The position numbers and the translations under genes are program-made. From Carcharhinus longimanus (taxonomy: Eukaryota): a stretch of DNA of 64,000 bases. The stretch spans positions 4,058,333 to 4,122,332 of the forward strand of contig JASCQW010000175.1 of assembly GCA_030264375.1 (NCBI GenBank), read 5' to 3'. The notes under the pieces are model-generated. The model saw only the letters and a list, made by a program, of their open reading frames with translations. It was not told where the DNA came from and made no database searches. This document shows positions 40,315 through 53,400 of the stretch, in pieces. Within the stretch, counting starts at the first letter, position 1. Each line of letters starts with the position of its first letter.

Positions 40315-43300
40315 AAGAAAATAAAGACTAAATGGTCATAATTAGACATTAGTCAATTTCCTGCCATGAGAACTATCCTTAAAAATCTCCTCCCTTCCAC
40401 TAGATGGATCTGCAACAGCAAATGTCCAAGATTAAAGCAGGTTGATCAGGGGCCTAAAAAGTAAGCGACAGAACAAAATGTGAACAGACTTAATTGTTGA
40501 ACAGCAAGGTTCTGCCTTGTACCATGCTACAGGCATGTACCAAGACATTTTCTATATCAAAACAAAATGGAAGAGTTACTTTGCATTGTTTAATGAGTTC
40601 AAAAAGTTCCGTCCTTCATGACAAATCTACACAATTTTTTGAAGATATTTGTAACATCAAGGTCCAAAGCTCTGTCCAATTACTTGAAAGGCCTATAGGA
40701 CTTCCACTTACCATCACCCTTCGACAATTCATGCATACATATACCATTTTACACTTAGTCACAACCAGAAACAATGGCACCTAACACAATATCACATTTA
40801 AAGACGCCACGTGTTCACTAAGCACACTGTTACTTATTATTCCTCATCTTAGCAAGGGAAACAAGTAACCACAGATTTTTGCAACTGGCAAAATGTTGAT
40901 ACAAGTTTAATTTGGCTCCAGAGAATATTTGTTCTCAATAATCCAGCATATTCGCAAGAATATCCACAGATTGAGTGATGAGATCAGGTGCATACAAGTT
41001 TTTCAACTCCCATTTAAAATGGGGTAAATTGAGATATACATAAAAGCTTCTTCAATTGGAGCACTAATGTACTTGCTTGATGGATATTAAAAGGGCTTCC
41101 TTGATCCATGCCAAGAAATATTCTTAATGAAAAAATTGGCAGCCTCCTCACAACAGGGAAGCACTGGGATTCAGATGCTTGTCTTCACTCGGTTTCCTTA
41201 AATACAGCACCAATTGCCATTTAAGACTGTTAGTGGGTAAATGGAAAATTATGAATATGACCTAGGGTTTCAACATGGGTTACCACACTAAGAAACCAAC
41301 ATAGCTGCTTAATTTGAACCATGCCATTTTCACATAATTCTGATATGCGCACTGAAGAACACTGACTAATGATCAATTTCACCTTTTATAACACTGTTAG
41401 AATAGGTCAGTAGCTTTCTTTAGCATTAGTGCCAAGTTAGGCAAGTGACAAGCAAGACATGGAAACTAATAGAGCTGAAAAGTATCCTTGTTTAAATAAG
41501 CCCAAAAACTAATTTTTTTTCTCTAGTGGAATAAATTTGCACAAATGAAATTTTGACATTTGGAAGCAAATAATGCCATATAATTAGAAGCATTACGGTT
41601 CAGATGCAAAATCATTTTCCACAACAAAATTACTTCATCTGAATTGGTAATTATATCAATTGAGGTTCCAAGTACCTTTCCAGCTCTACAATGCTGAATG
41701 AGACTTGAGTTTTACATAAAGATGTGCACATGACTAACAGCACATGGTTAGAAGTGCCACAAAGTTGTATTTTGGACAAATCGTTGCACATATTTGTAGC
41801 AAGACTGGTATTCACTATATGACAAACCTAGCCTGACACAGAGCACTCAAGTTTTAGTTAACACCAAAATTCTTAACTATTTCCATTTCTTTGGAGGAAT
41901 GGATTTAAAAGCTGAAGAGCTAGAAGTTAAAGAATTTTTAAAAATTCACATTTCCACTTTGAAAAGGTCATCAGGAACCAATGAAACCTCTGGAAGAAAC
42001 TAAAATACTATGATCCTATATTGTGTTACACACTACTGGTGCTTAAATAGATCAATTGAGAGCTAATTATTGAACAGACTTTTGTCTTGGAGCAACTGAA
42101 AAGTAGTAGGTCAATATTAATTTGACAACATAAATTTGAACTTAAACAAGCATAATTAGATTATTAAATGGACAGATAAACTCAATAATTTGAAGGATTT
42201 ACACTGGGGATGCCCACAATCTTACTTCCCATTTAAAAAGTGAGGAAAAATAACCCTTTCCTGACCAGAAGGCACCAGTTTTTAAAAATAGACAATTTGA
42301 CTGCAGTTGCACCAAAAGATAAGAAAGCAATATACTGGATTTTTTTTTGAAAGGAAAATGTTTTCAATAGAAAACTTTTTCATTGGGTGCCCACAGTTAT
42401 ATTAATTGACCAACCTAATTTACGTATCTATATAATGGAATTACAATTTAAACAAATAGGTCAATGTTAAAATCACAAGTCACGAAGCTGAGGAATGACA
42501 TTTACATTTGTTAGGAAATGCCTAATTTCTATACAGATACACAATTTCACAATGTGGTACTGGTTTCCATAATTTCAAACTGTGTGGAAGGTTGATGGTT
42601 GAATGATGGTTTTGAAAACTGGGTGCCAGAGAGCTCCCAGTCAGTTTCTAGACTGGAAAGGGTTAGATACTCTCAGAATAAGCTGCTTTCCATTTGAGTT
42701 ATTAAATGCCCTGTTATGAATAATCTCAAATTTTAACAAAAGTTTCAAGATACATTTACACCACCTTTACACCCAAAGCATGCAACATAAACAATATACA
42801 GATCTGAGCTGTAACTTGCTCCCCAAAACCATCTAAAATACCTGGACATTTTGCCAGCAAAATGACTAAGCTTGTAGACATTTATTGTTGCAGTGACGTC
42901 CAGAACCACAGTGCCAATATTAATTAGGACTAGGATTTAAAATTGGACTAAACAAAATTTTACTAATCATTTTTATTTTCTGGTGGCAATAAGATCATTG
43001 TAGGAACTGGATACCAGTTCAGACCAAAATTTATAGCTGGACAATCACTGCAGAATTTAACCTGCATTGAATATCATTTTACCTAGTTCCACTGCTTCAG
43101 CAGAAAATGCACGTTAGCAGGAACAAACTATCACATTTTTCCAATGTCAACAGTTTGCTCAATCAGGGAGCAGTTCACATCCTGGAAAAGAGATCTTGTT
43201 AATCCAGAAATCAATTTCAAAAACCAATTAAAGACCACTCCCCAAACAGCTATCAGATCTGTATATAAACGCATAAAAAGTGCAGAATATGCGAATCAAA

Positions 43301-43318
43301 TTATAATAACCCACTCAC

Positions 43319-43339
43319 GTATGCTAACACCGTAGACTG
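43319..43339 (-). CDS. MYH9: Putative 21-nt alternative loop-1 exon, QSTVLAY (18-nt STVLAY with the distal AG)
   Basis: ctttcccccttcaacatttgcag|CAGTCTACGGTGTTAGCATAC|gtgagt; phase 0-0, no stop; same length, position and Q...AY pattern as the MYH11 SM-B insert QGPSFAY. Confidence 0.8.
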
Positions 43340-43669
43340 CTGCAAATGTTGAAGGGGGAAAGTGTTATCAATGGCATGCAAAAATCTGTAAGAATTCTTC
43401 AAGCATTTACTTTGTTAAAGGGACTTAACAGCCTGAAAGGCAGTACGAAATGTTATGCTACAATAGATTCAAAATTACAATTTAAGTAGGGTAATTTTTT
43501 AAAAGGAAACAGGGCAATTATAATCAATATAGAGACTGATCACAATGTTTAGTATTGTATGTTTCAAATGAATTCCACACAGATTAAAAAGGATTTATTA
43601 TAAATAATGACCAGTGACTCTATTCTTATGAATAATATCGAGTAGCATACTAAGACAAAGGGCACTTAC

Positions 43670-43763
43670 TTGTTCCTTTCTAGATTTATGCGATGAAGCA
43701 ACATGAGCTAAGTACTGAATCACTTTCTTGGTGTTTTCTGTCTTACCAGCACCAGACTCTCCA
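43670..43763 (-). CDS. MYH9: MYH9 94-nt exon (exon 5 equivalent), P-loop [31 protein letters not shown]
   Basis: tttacag acceptor, gtaagt donor, Walker A motif GESGAGKT, ends phase 0 at loop 1. Confidence 0.97.
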
Positions 43764-43979
43764 CTGTAAAGAAATACATTTATATTTTAATAGTTTCAAA
43801 GTGCTTCACCTAGTCTAATGAAAAGATACTATCTCAAAAATAATTAAGTTATCCATAATTTAGACTAACCCCTTAATTAAAAATACATTTTTGGTATGTG
43901 GCAGTAATATCCTTTCATCTTTGAGAAATACAAAATAATTCAAAAGAAATAAACATGTCATGGAATTGAAGACAAAATT

Positions 43980-44820
43980 GCAGAACAAAGGAAAATTAAG
44001 CACAGGAACATGCCCTTTGGCCTTCCAAGCCTGCACCAACCACACTGCCCCTCTGAACTAAAGCCCCTTACCCTTTCAGGGGCCATATTAATTGTCTCCT
44101 TGGAGAGACGAAGATTGAGGGGGGACATGATAGAGGTATACAAGATAATNNNNNNNNNNNNNNNNNNNNNNNNNNNNNNNNNNNNNNNNNNNNNNNNNNN
44201 NNNNNNNNNNNNNNNNNNNNNNNNNNNNNNNNNNNNNNNNNNNNNNNNNTAGGGTGATGTGGCGGCGCGGGCTTGTTGGGCCGAAGGGCCTGTTTCCCGT
44301 GCTGGGTTGTTCTTTGTTCTTTTTTTCTTTATATCCCTCTTCTGTCCAGATGCCCCTTAAAAGTTACCATCACGTCTACTTCTATTACATCCCCCAACAG
44401 CAAGTTCCAGGCACCCACCACATTCTGTGTAAAAAGTGTGCCTCATACAACTACTTTAAACCTTGCCCCTCGCACCTTAAATCTATGCCCCCTAGTAACT
44501 GACTATTCCACCCTGTCCATGCCCCTCAATCTTGTAGAATTTTATCAGGTCACCCCTCAACCTCCATCATTCCAGTGATAACAAGCCAAGTTTTCTTCAT
44601 CCTCGTAGCTGACATCCATTATACCAGGCAGCATCTTGGTAAATCTTTTCTGTATCCTCTCCAAAGCCTCCATATCTTTCTGGTAGCATGGCAACCAGAA
44701 TTGAACTTTATTCCAAGTGCGGCCTAACTAAGGTTCTATAAAGCTGCAACGTGTCTTGCCAATTTTTCAACTCAGTGCCCCAGCCAATGAAGGCGAGCAG
44801 GTCATATGCCTTCTTGATTT
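43980..44820 (-). mobile_element. CR1 3' region, with a plus-strand CR1 end (about 44095-44320) nested across a gap
   Basis: aagcacaggaacatgccctttggcc tail; SLERRRLRGDMIEVYKI on plus; ccaggcagcatcttggtaaatcttttctg on minus. Confidence 0.75.
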
Positions 44821-45254
44821 TAAAAATTAACTTCACATACAGGTTAGCACATTGATTGCAAAATTATATCATTTGTTCAGTGACTGCACAATCAAGACTT
44901 ATAAATTAAGGAACGCAGGAAAAATGTTAAACAGTAGCATGTACATGGAACCAATTACTTACAGATGGTGGAACAAGGAACCTTAATAGGTTCCAAATAT
45001 AAATTCAACTACTATTCTTAATTGTTTATTAATTGGCTGCTTGATTATAATAAGGATGCACACTCACTGAATATTCACTTGTGCCCATATAGTTTGGATG
45101 TATGTGTTTGTAACATGTGTCTCTATAAATAGATGCGTGTGTAAAGATTAGACTCCAATTCTATCCTTCACCACCTGGCTATCTAGTGTGCACACATCAA
45201 TAAAATGTAAATCAGGATAAATTTGAATATTGATAGATGAACCAAAGGCTTGTT

Positions 45255-45623
45255 TTTAATATGCTTTCATGGTATGTGGGTCAGTGACAAAGCATTTGTT
45301 GTCATCCTTATTTCCTTTTGAACCAGGTGATTGCTAGGCCATTTCAGAAGACACAAGAGTCGATCTCACTGCTGTAGTTCTGGAGTCACACGTAGACCAG
45401 ACCTGATAAGGATGGCAAATATCCTACCTAAAAGACATTAGTGAATCAGATGGATTTTAAAGATAATCCAGTTGTTTAACTGATTAGCTTTCCGTTCCAC
45501 ATTTTTATTAATTGAATTTAAATTCCACCAGCTAATATGGAATCTGAACCTGTCCCCAGGAAACCAGCCTGGGTCTCTGGATTACTAGTCAGGGTGATAT
45601 TACCACTATGCCACAATATCCCC
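45255..45623 (-). mobile_element. tRNA-derived SINE, same family as 6759-7088
   Basis: gacattagtgaatcagatgg, gaatttaaattccaccagct, tggattactagtc...taccactatgcca. Confidence 0.75.
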
Positions 45624-45709
45624 AGACCAAAGAGTGTCACTATGTAAATTTACTCAGTAGTTCAAGTCTAATACAGGGTCTGATATGATAGAACTTGTGT
45701 CAGACCTGG

Positions 45710-45815
45710 TAATCCAGACTCGAAACGTTAGTTGTTGTGACACCACAAATACTGTCAAACCTGCTGAGATTTTCCAGCATTTTCTATTTTTATTTCAGAT
45801 TTCAGCATCTGCAGT
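45710..45815 (+). mobile_element. Penelope-like terminal fragment
   Basis: gactcgaaacgttag...cctgctgagattttccagcattttctatttttatttcagatttcagcatctgcagta. Confidence 0.55.
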
Positions 45816-45829
45816 AATTACAGACGGTC

Positions 45830-46304
45830 TTCTGTTTGCTATCTTAGGCTCCATCAGAAACATAACTTACAGAACAAAGATCTTGGGGAACATGTTCATA
45901 ACTCCTTGAAAGTGGAGTCACAGGTGGACAGAGTGATGATGGCAGCATTCAGCATGCTTAGTTTCATTAGTCAGAAAATGAATATAGGAGTTGGGATGTC
46001 TTGTTGAAGTTGTACAAAACATTGGTGAGGCCACACTTGGAATCTGGTCACCCTATTATAGAAAAGATATTAAACTAGAAAGAGTGCAGAAAAGATTTAC
46101 TAGGATGCTACCAGGATTTGATGGTTTGAGTTATAAGGAGAATGGATAGACTGAGCCTTTTTTCTCTGGAGCATAGAGGGCTGAGGGTTGATCTTATAGA
46201 GGTTTATAAAACGAGAAGCATGGATCAGCTAGATAATCATCAAATCATCATCTTCTCCCAAAGGTAGGAGAGTCTAAAAACTAGAGGGCATTGATTTAAG
46301 GTGA
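45830..46304 (+). mobile_element. CR1 ORF2 C-terminal fragment
   Basis: [36 protein letters not shown]. Confidence 0.85.
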
Positions 46305-46844
46305 NNNNNNNNNNNNNNNNNNNNNNNNNNNNNNNNNNNNNNNNNNNNNNNNNNNNNNNNNNNNNNNNNNNNNNNNNNNNNNNNNNNNNNNNNNNNNNNN
46401 NNNNNNNNNNNNNNNNNNNNNNNNNNNNNNNNNNNNNNNNNNNNNNNNNNNNNNNNNNNNNNNNNNNNNNNNNNNNNNNNNNNNNNNNNNNNNNNNNNNN
46501 NNNNNNNNNNNNNNNNNNNNNNNNNNNNNNNNNNNNNNNNNNNNNNNNNNNNNNNNNNNNNNNNNNNNNNNNNNNNNNNNNNNNNNNNNNNNNNNNNNNN
46601 NNNNNNNNNNNNNNNNNNNNNNNNNNNNNNNNNNNNNNNNNNNNNNNNNNNNNNNNNNNNNNNNNNNNNNNNNNNNNNNNNNNNNNNNNNNNNNNNNNNN
46701 NNNNNNNNNNNNNNNNNNNNNNNNNNNNNNNNNNNNNNNNNNNNNNNNNNNNNNNNNNNNNNNNNNNNNNNNNNNNNNNNNNNNNNNNNNNNNNNNNNNN
46801 NNNNNNNNNNNNNNNNNNNNNNNNNNNNNNNNNNNNNNNNNNNN

Positions 46845-47440
46845 ACTGCACTATGGGGCAGTGAGTTCCACAAATTCACCACCCTCAGAAGTAGTTGCTC
46901 CTCACCTCATTGTTAAATCTACTGCCTCACAATCTATACCTGTGACCTTAGTTCTAGATTGCCCCCAAAAGAGGAAACATTTGGTTTACATTTACTTTAT
47001 CAATCCCTTTTAAAATTTTATATATCTCGATCAGATCCGCTCTCATCCTAAACTCCAGGAAGTACAAGACCAAACTGTTTAACCTCTCCTCACTACATCA
47101 ACCCCTTCATCCCCAAAATCAATCTGGTGAACTTCCTCTGAACTGCTTTGATGCCACCAAATCCTTAAATAAGGAGACCAAAACTGGATACAATATTCCA
47201 GATGTCATCTCACTAACACCCCTTACAAGTGCAACAACACTTCTGTGCCTTTATACTCCAGTCCCTTTACAATAAATGCCAACATCTCATTCGCCATTTT
47301 TATTACATGCGGCAGCTGCACTTTGACTTTCTGCAATTCGTGAACATAGATACTCCAATCCCCCTGCCCAGACACATTTTGAATCTGCTTTCCATTTAGG
47401 TAATAATTTGCATTTTTTTTTTCTGCCATGGATAACCTTA
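46845..47440 (-). mobile_element. CR1 ORF2 C-terminal fragment
   Basis: VNLWNSLP; YYLNGKQIQNVSGQGD...KMANEMLAFIVKGLEYKGTEVLLHL. Confidence 0.8.
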
Positions 47441-47779
47441 CCCTTATTATCTCATGACTAAAAATTATACTCCTAAAATGAGCTAAAATCTGCCTGCTAG
47501 GCAAGTCCAAGATAAAGATGATGAAGGTGGCCATAGAAGTCTCAAATACAACTACATAGTTGAAGGCCCTTTGGACAACTGGATTAGATCACAAATATAA
47601 AAATTACGAGGTCTCAGGGGGGAAAATTTATAGGGTACTCCTGGTGATTCCTGCAAGGGGGCAACTGTGGTAATCGCTCAGATGCACAACGTGGGCTTTA
47701 AGAGAGCCATTGTAGAGGAAGTGAGGCTGAATTCGGTTCAGTCAAGAATAATGGGTCCGATGGTTGCGCTCTTCCAGAA

Positions 47780-48425
47780 GCTCCAGCCACTCTGTCCACA
47801 CCTCTCAATCTTGTAGACTTCTATCAGGTCTTCCCTCAACCTCTGTCATTCCAGTGAAAACAAACCAAGTTTCTCCAACCTCTCCTCATAGCTAATGCCN
47901 NNNNNNNNNNNNNNNNNNNNNNNNNNNNNNNNNNNNNNNNNNNNNNNNNNNNNNNNNNNNNNNNNNNNNNNNNNNNNNNNNNNNNNNNNNNNNNNNNNNN
48001 NNNNNNNNNNNNNNNNNNNNNNNNNNNNNNNNNNNNNNNNNNNNNNNNNNNNNNNNNNNNNNNNNNNNNNNNNNNNNNNNNNNNNNNNNNNNNNNNNNNN
48101 NNNNNNNNNNNNNNNNNNNNNNNNNNNNNNNNNNNNNNNNNNNNNNNNNNNNNNNNNNNNNNNNNNNNNNNNNNNNNNNNNNNNNNNNNNNNNNNNNNNN
48201 NNNNNNNNNNNNNNNNNNNNTAATGCCCTCCATACAGGCAACATCCTGGTAAATCTTTTCTGTACCCTCTCCAAAGCCTCCGCATTCTTCTGGTGGTGTA
48301 GTGACCAGGATTGAACACTATATCCCAAGTGCGGCCTCACTAAGATTCTATAAAGTGTCAACATACTTGCCAAATTTTAAACTCAATACCCTGGCCAATG
48401 AAGGCAAGTATGCTGTATGCCTTCA
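47780..48425 (-). mobile_element. CR1 ORF2 C-terminal fragment spanning a gap
   Basis: LYRILVRPHLGYSVQSWS...ALERVQKRFTRMLP...ISYEERLEKLGLFSLE. Confidence 0.85.
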
Positions 48426-48985
48426 TATAACAGTGCCTTTCTGTACATACCTAGAATAAAAAGGCTTCTTAATTCAAGTCTTGTCCTACAATACCAACGA
48501 GTTGCCCAGTGGTGCCTTGAACCATTTTACTGCTTTTTAACTTTCCTGTCAAAAAGCTTTACGAAGCACATATTTGTTACGTTCAGTTTAATCTTCAAGA
48601 CCAGATTATTGCCAAATGTTATAATCCTCAACTTTAAATCTACATTGACGATTCTTCCTCGGATCCAAAAACGACCAAATACGGCAACACTGCATGGCTA
48701 ATATAAGCATATAAAGAATTACTCTTTGGAAGTTACTATTGTTTGGAACAATATGTACAAAAGCAAGTTTAGAATAAGGCATTTATGTGGGAATGTATTA
48801 AGAGGTAATACAGTATAATAAATTGTATTTAGTGTAAATTGCATCTTTAGCTGGCAAGATCTGTAGCCTAACTTCACTCCTTCCAAGATAGAAGACTGGA
48901 AGAGGCTTCTTAGGAAACTTAACGCAATGAAAGTGTCTTATAATGACCATGCATTGAGATAAAAGCTGAACAAAAGATGACTTAC

Positions 48986-49013
48986 GTGCACAGGATTGAC
49001 TGGTCTTCACGAT
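48986..49013 (-). CDS. MYH9: MYH9 28-nt exon (human exon 4 equivalent), (D)REDQSILC(T)
   Basis: tttcag|ATCGTGAAGACCAGTCAATCCTGTGCAC|gtaagt; phase 1 to 2, joins in frame to the P-loop exon. Confidence 0.95.
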
Positions 49014-50417
49014 CTGAAATGAAACAAACCAACATGTTATTACTGTATTATTTCCACATTTTTAATCTGTTCTCCCATTCTACCTTCAGAGGCAACTCAC
49101 CTCAATATTGCTGCCAAAAATTATAGGATTCTTAAAGTGGAATCGTTTAGTGCAACCATGTAGAAAGTTTAAAACTCAACGAGCAGTTCTCAGCTTGGCT
49201 CTTCAAGCAATTGCACANNNNNNNNTTTCAGAAAATAGTATTAGTTTCTCATCTTAAACTGCCATTTGCTACTCAGATTCTTTTCCAAACACAGATGCAT
49301 TAAAAAAGTTACTGTGAAAAGGGTATATATTAAAAAGGTCCAAAACCTGCAGATTTTGCAGTGGTTAAATGTAGCTTTTCTCTGATTATCCAGGTAGAAA
49401 ATAAAAGTTGCAGTATACCCAATTTGCTACAGCATTATTTTTGTCACAGATATTGAGAAACATAATAGGCAAGTAGCACAGTTTAACACAGACCATAGCT
49501 AACCCAGAGGTGAAATTCTGTTTGTTATCAAAGATCCTCTCAATCCATGAGCCTACTGGTCAAAAAAATGCTTTAAAATTGGACAATTGCAATGTGGATT
49601 GAAGGCAAATTGGTGTGGCAAATGGAAAAGGCTATACTGAAACAGAAGTGTGTTCCCACAAAACTGGGAATAAAAAGGTGAGCTTTAACTACATCAAATT
49701 GGACCAAAACAAAGTGCTTGATATCTGAAATTAACCTTGGAGTTCTGAAAAGAAAATGCTCTATTCCCCAGCAGTGGTACACTTTTCACCTTGATCAGAA
49801 TGATGTGCATTTGTGTCAGTGTTCCTTTAAGGTAAATAATTGACATGTATTGCATCTAGATTCTGTCAATTATTAGCAAAAACACAACAGCATCAATTTT
49901 GTGGCAGTTTGAGCATGCGTCAAATGCATTGACATCGTAAAACAACTTCCACAATTCCAACTTCAGCTACTGCAAAAACTACCCCAATTTTCATTATGCA
50001 TTTCCTCAGGTACACATTAAAAATAAAAATTCATAAAGGCACTTCTGAGATTGTGATTTATCCCTTGCCCTTCTCATTGACTGCAAAAAGACAGTGAACC
50101 AGAAGCTTCTTTGCTGTGTTTACAGGATGACATGGGCAAATCAGTTGCTCGTCTTATAATGTCCCCAAAAAATGACAGTCTTGACAATTATGCTGGAGTG
50201 CCAGAGACCACCTTTAATTACTAACGAAGTGCTCATCGCTCCTAAAAGGCTGATATTACCTTTACCAAACTTCTCAATATTTTGAATACTATAACATGCC
50301 TTGATGATTCTCATTAAAAAAAATACAGCAAATGGTTAACAACTATATTGCTCTTAATTTAAACTCATGGAATTTGTATTATTTAATATTCAAAATTTAT
50401 CAGCTCTAAATTCCCAT

Positions 50418-50463
50418 TATAAGAACATAAGAAATAGGAGCAGGAGTAGGCCATCTGGCCCCT
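50418..50463 (-). mobile_element. Young CR1 3' terminus running into an assembly gap
   Basis: ataagaacataagaaataggagcaggagtaggccatctggccc. Confidence 0.65.
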
Positions 50464-53400
50464 NNNNNNNNNNNNNNNNNNNNNNNNNNNNNNNNNNNNN
50501 NNNNNNNNNNNNNNNNNNNNNNNNNNNNNNNNNNNNNNNNNNNNNNNNNNNNNNNNNNNNNNNNNNNNNNNNNNNNNNNNNNNNNNNNNNNNNNNNNNNN
50601 NNNNNNNNNNNNNNNNNNNNNNNNNNNNNNNNNNNNNNNNNNNNNNNNNNNNNNNNNNNNNNNNNNNNNNNNNNNNNNNNNNNNNNNNNNNNNNNNNNNN
50701 NNNNNNNNNNNNNNNNNNNNNNNNNNNNNNNNNNNNNNNNNNNNNNNNNNNNNNNNNNNNNNNNNNNNNNNNNNNNNNNNNNNNNNNNNNNNNNNNNNNN
50801 NNNNNNNNNNNNNNNNNNNNNNNNNNNNNNNNNNNNNNNNNNNNNNNNNNNNNNNNNNNNNNNNNNNNNNNNNNNNNNNNNNNNNNNNNNNNNNNNNNNN
50901 NNNNNNNNNNNNNNNNNNNNNNNNNNNNNNNNNNNNNNNNNNNNNNNNNNNNNNNNNNNNNNNNNNNNNNNNNNNNNNNNNNNNNNNNNNNNNNNNNNNN
51001 NNNNNNNNNNNNNNNNNNNNNNNNNNNNNNNNNNNNNNNNNNNNNNNNNNNNNNNNNNNNNNNNNNNNNNNNNNNNNNNNNNNNNNNNNNNNNNNNNNNN
51101 NNNNNNNNNNNNNNNNNNNNNNNNNNNNNNNNNNNNNNNNNNNNNNNNNNNNNNNNNNNNNNNNNNNNNNNNNNNNNNNNNNNNNNNNNNNNNNNNNNNN
51201 NNNNNNNNNNNNNNNNNNNNNNNNNNNNNNNNNNNNNNNNNNNNNNNNNNNNNNNNNNNNNNNNNNNNNNNNNNNNNNNNNNNNNNNNNNNNNNNNNNNN
51301 NNNNNNNNNNNNNNNNNAGCCAGATACAAAACATGTATAATTCAAAGCTCTGCAGATAGTAACTTAGTATCAGCTTTTTGGTAAAAAGCAAATTCAGATG
51401 CAATGTTTTCAGTTGCAATTAGCTAGAAGTACCAGTATATTTTAAATATCCTAACAGATCAAAGCTTGTTTGCAAACTGGTTATTTTTATTCAATACATC
51501 CCATTCAGTGAGAACATCTGAACCTTTTTTCAATATCTCTGAAATAAATTTAAAATTCTCTATGATTACTACAGTAAAGACAAATTATCAGCATTTCTGA
51601 AGCAGTCTGCACATCTGTATTTAGGCTGATAATTCATTTTGATTGCATCTTCCCCAATAGTAAAACAGTTAAATAAAATTGCAATGTTGCCAATGGAAAT
51701 CATTTGACAGGTTACATGACAAAAAATAAAACAATGGCATAAAAGCTACATTTTAGATGAACCCATATTGCTAGGTGGAGAACACAAATCTGGCCATGTG
51801 AAATACAGAGAACTAAAGTCATCCAAGATCATCTCCAAATCAAAGCAAAAGTCAAAGTCAGATCGGACTTGATACATTTCTCTTTAAAATGCTATCAGAT
51901 CTGCTGCTTTTTTCCAGCACCTGATTTTTATAGCACTTTTTTTTCATCTTCTTCAATTAGAATAGTTTGTTTCAAAGTCATAAATAGCAACAGAAACAAG
52001 GAAGGTAACCTGCTTAACAGGGGATCAAAATAATAATGTGTCGATTGGGAACTTCCACTCAAAGAAATATTTTCAAATGAAAAAACATTTCCCTTTTGTT
52101 CACCTCCAGAAGGGAATATTTCAGCACATGCAGCTTCAGTATACCCACTTCAAATATATCTGTTGCTCAGCTAACAAATCTTTTGCCAGTGCATATTCAA
52201 CTTTGACTGCTAATCCTGAATTCGAACACAAGTTAAAGCTTTCTATCAAGGTCAGAGGCATTACAGTGGAGCATCGTCTTCCCACCCATGTGGAGTTTAA
52301 AAAAAGTGTAACCAAAAATTTTCTTGAAATCAGGAGCTTAAATCAATCTCAAAAGGCAAATTGGAGGCTGAGAGAGGAAAGCATCTATAAAACTGAATGA
52401 AGGGCAGCAACAATTGACCTAAGCCACAAAGTTCCTACTTCCAATTGCTACTTGAAAATCCTTGCTACAAGTGCACACAGGATTGGTTTGGCTGCACCAA
52501 GTAAATTAGTCAGGCAACACACTTTCAGATAAATTATGACCAGTTGGCAAAATATCAATTGTGAGTACTCTGCAAAGAAACATGTCCTAAGACAAGTTCT
52601 TCATGATGTTTGGTGCATCCAGGGTACCTAAGAAAATAAACTGCAAAGCACTTAACAGGAATAACAAACAAAATGCCATAGACTTCGAGGCTAGTTAAAA
52701 AAAACACTTTCACTAGGCTGGGTTACAGTGCAACAAAAAGTGCATCTCACCAAATCAATTGCGATAAGAAAAAGTCATCGCTTGAAACAATGTTATCAAG
52801 CTGTCCACTAACAGCAGTATGAAAAATAGTGAAACTGATCCAAGATTTAGGCAAAGGGGTGCTGCAGTTTTAGTAAGTCTAAAGCAATCATGAAGGGCAT
52901 AGGAAATTAATATTTAATCTGGTTTTACTATAGAACAAAAGAAAACTTAAAGTCCATCTTTTTATTTCCTTAAAAGGGGGACAATGGTAATTAAATCACT
53001 TCTGCGGAAAACTAGTGACATCAGTTGAAAAAATACCAAAAGCAAGCTAAGTCAGGGTTGACTGACTCATTCAGATTCAAGTTCAATTGATCAATGTTAA
53101 TTTAAATGCTAAACATCCATTATAATTAACCAAGTTGCAGATGGTTTCACTTTATACAGAATAAAAGCATAGCAGTATTTTAATCTGACCATCTCAAAGG
53201 AGAGAAAGATCACAAGTTATCTATTCAGACCCTTAAGTATATTCCACCAATTAGATCATGGCTATTCTCTACTTCAACTCAATTTAAAATAGTTTTTGCT
53301 TAATTTCCCTCAATACTCTTATCCAAATATGTCCTTTTTGCCATACACCACAGCTCAAAATAGGCACCATTCGCATTCTGCATTTTATAACAAGAAACTC

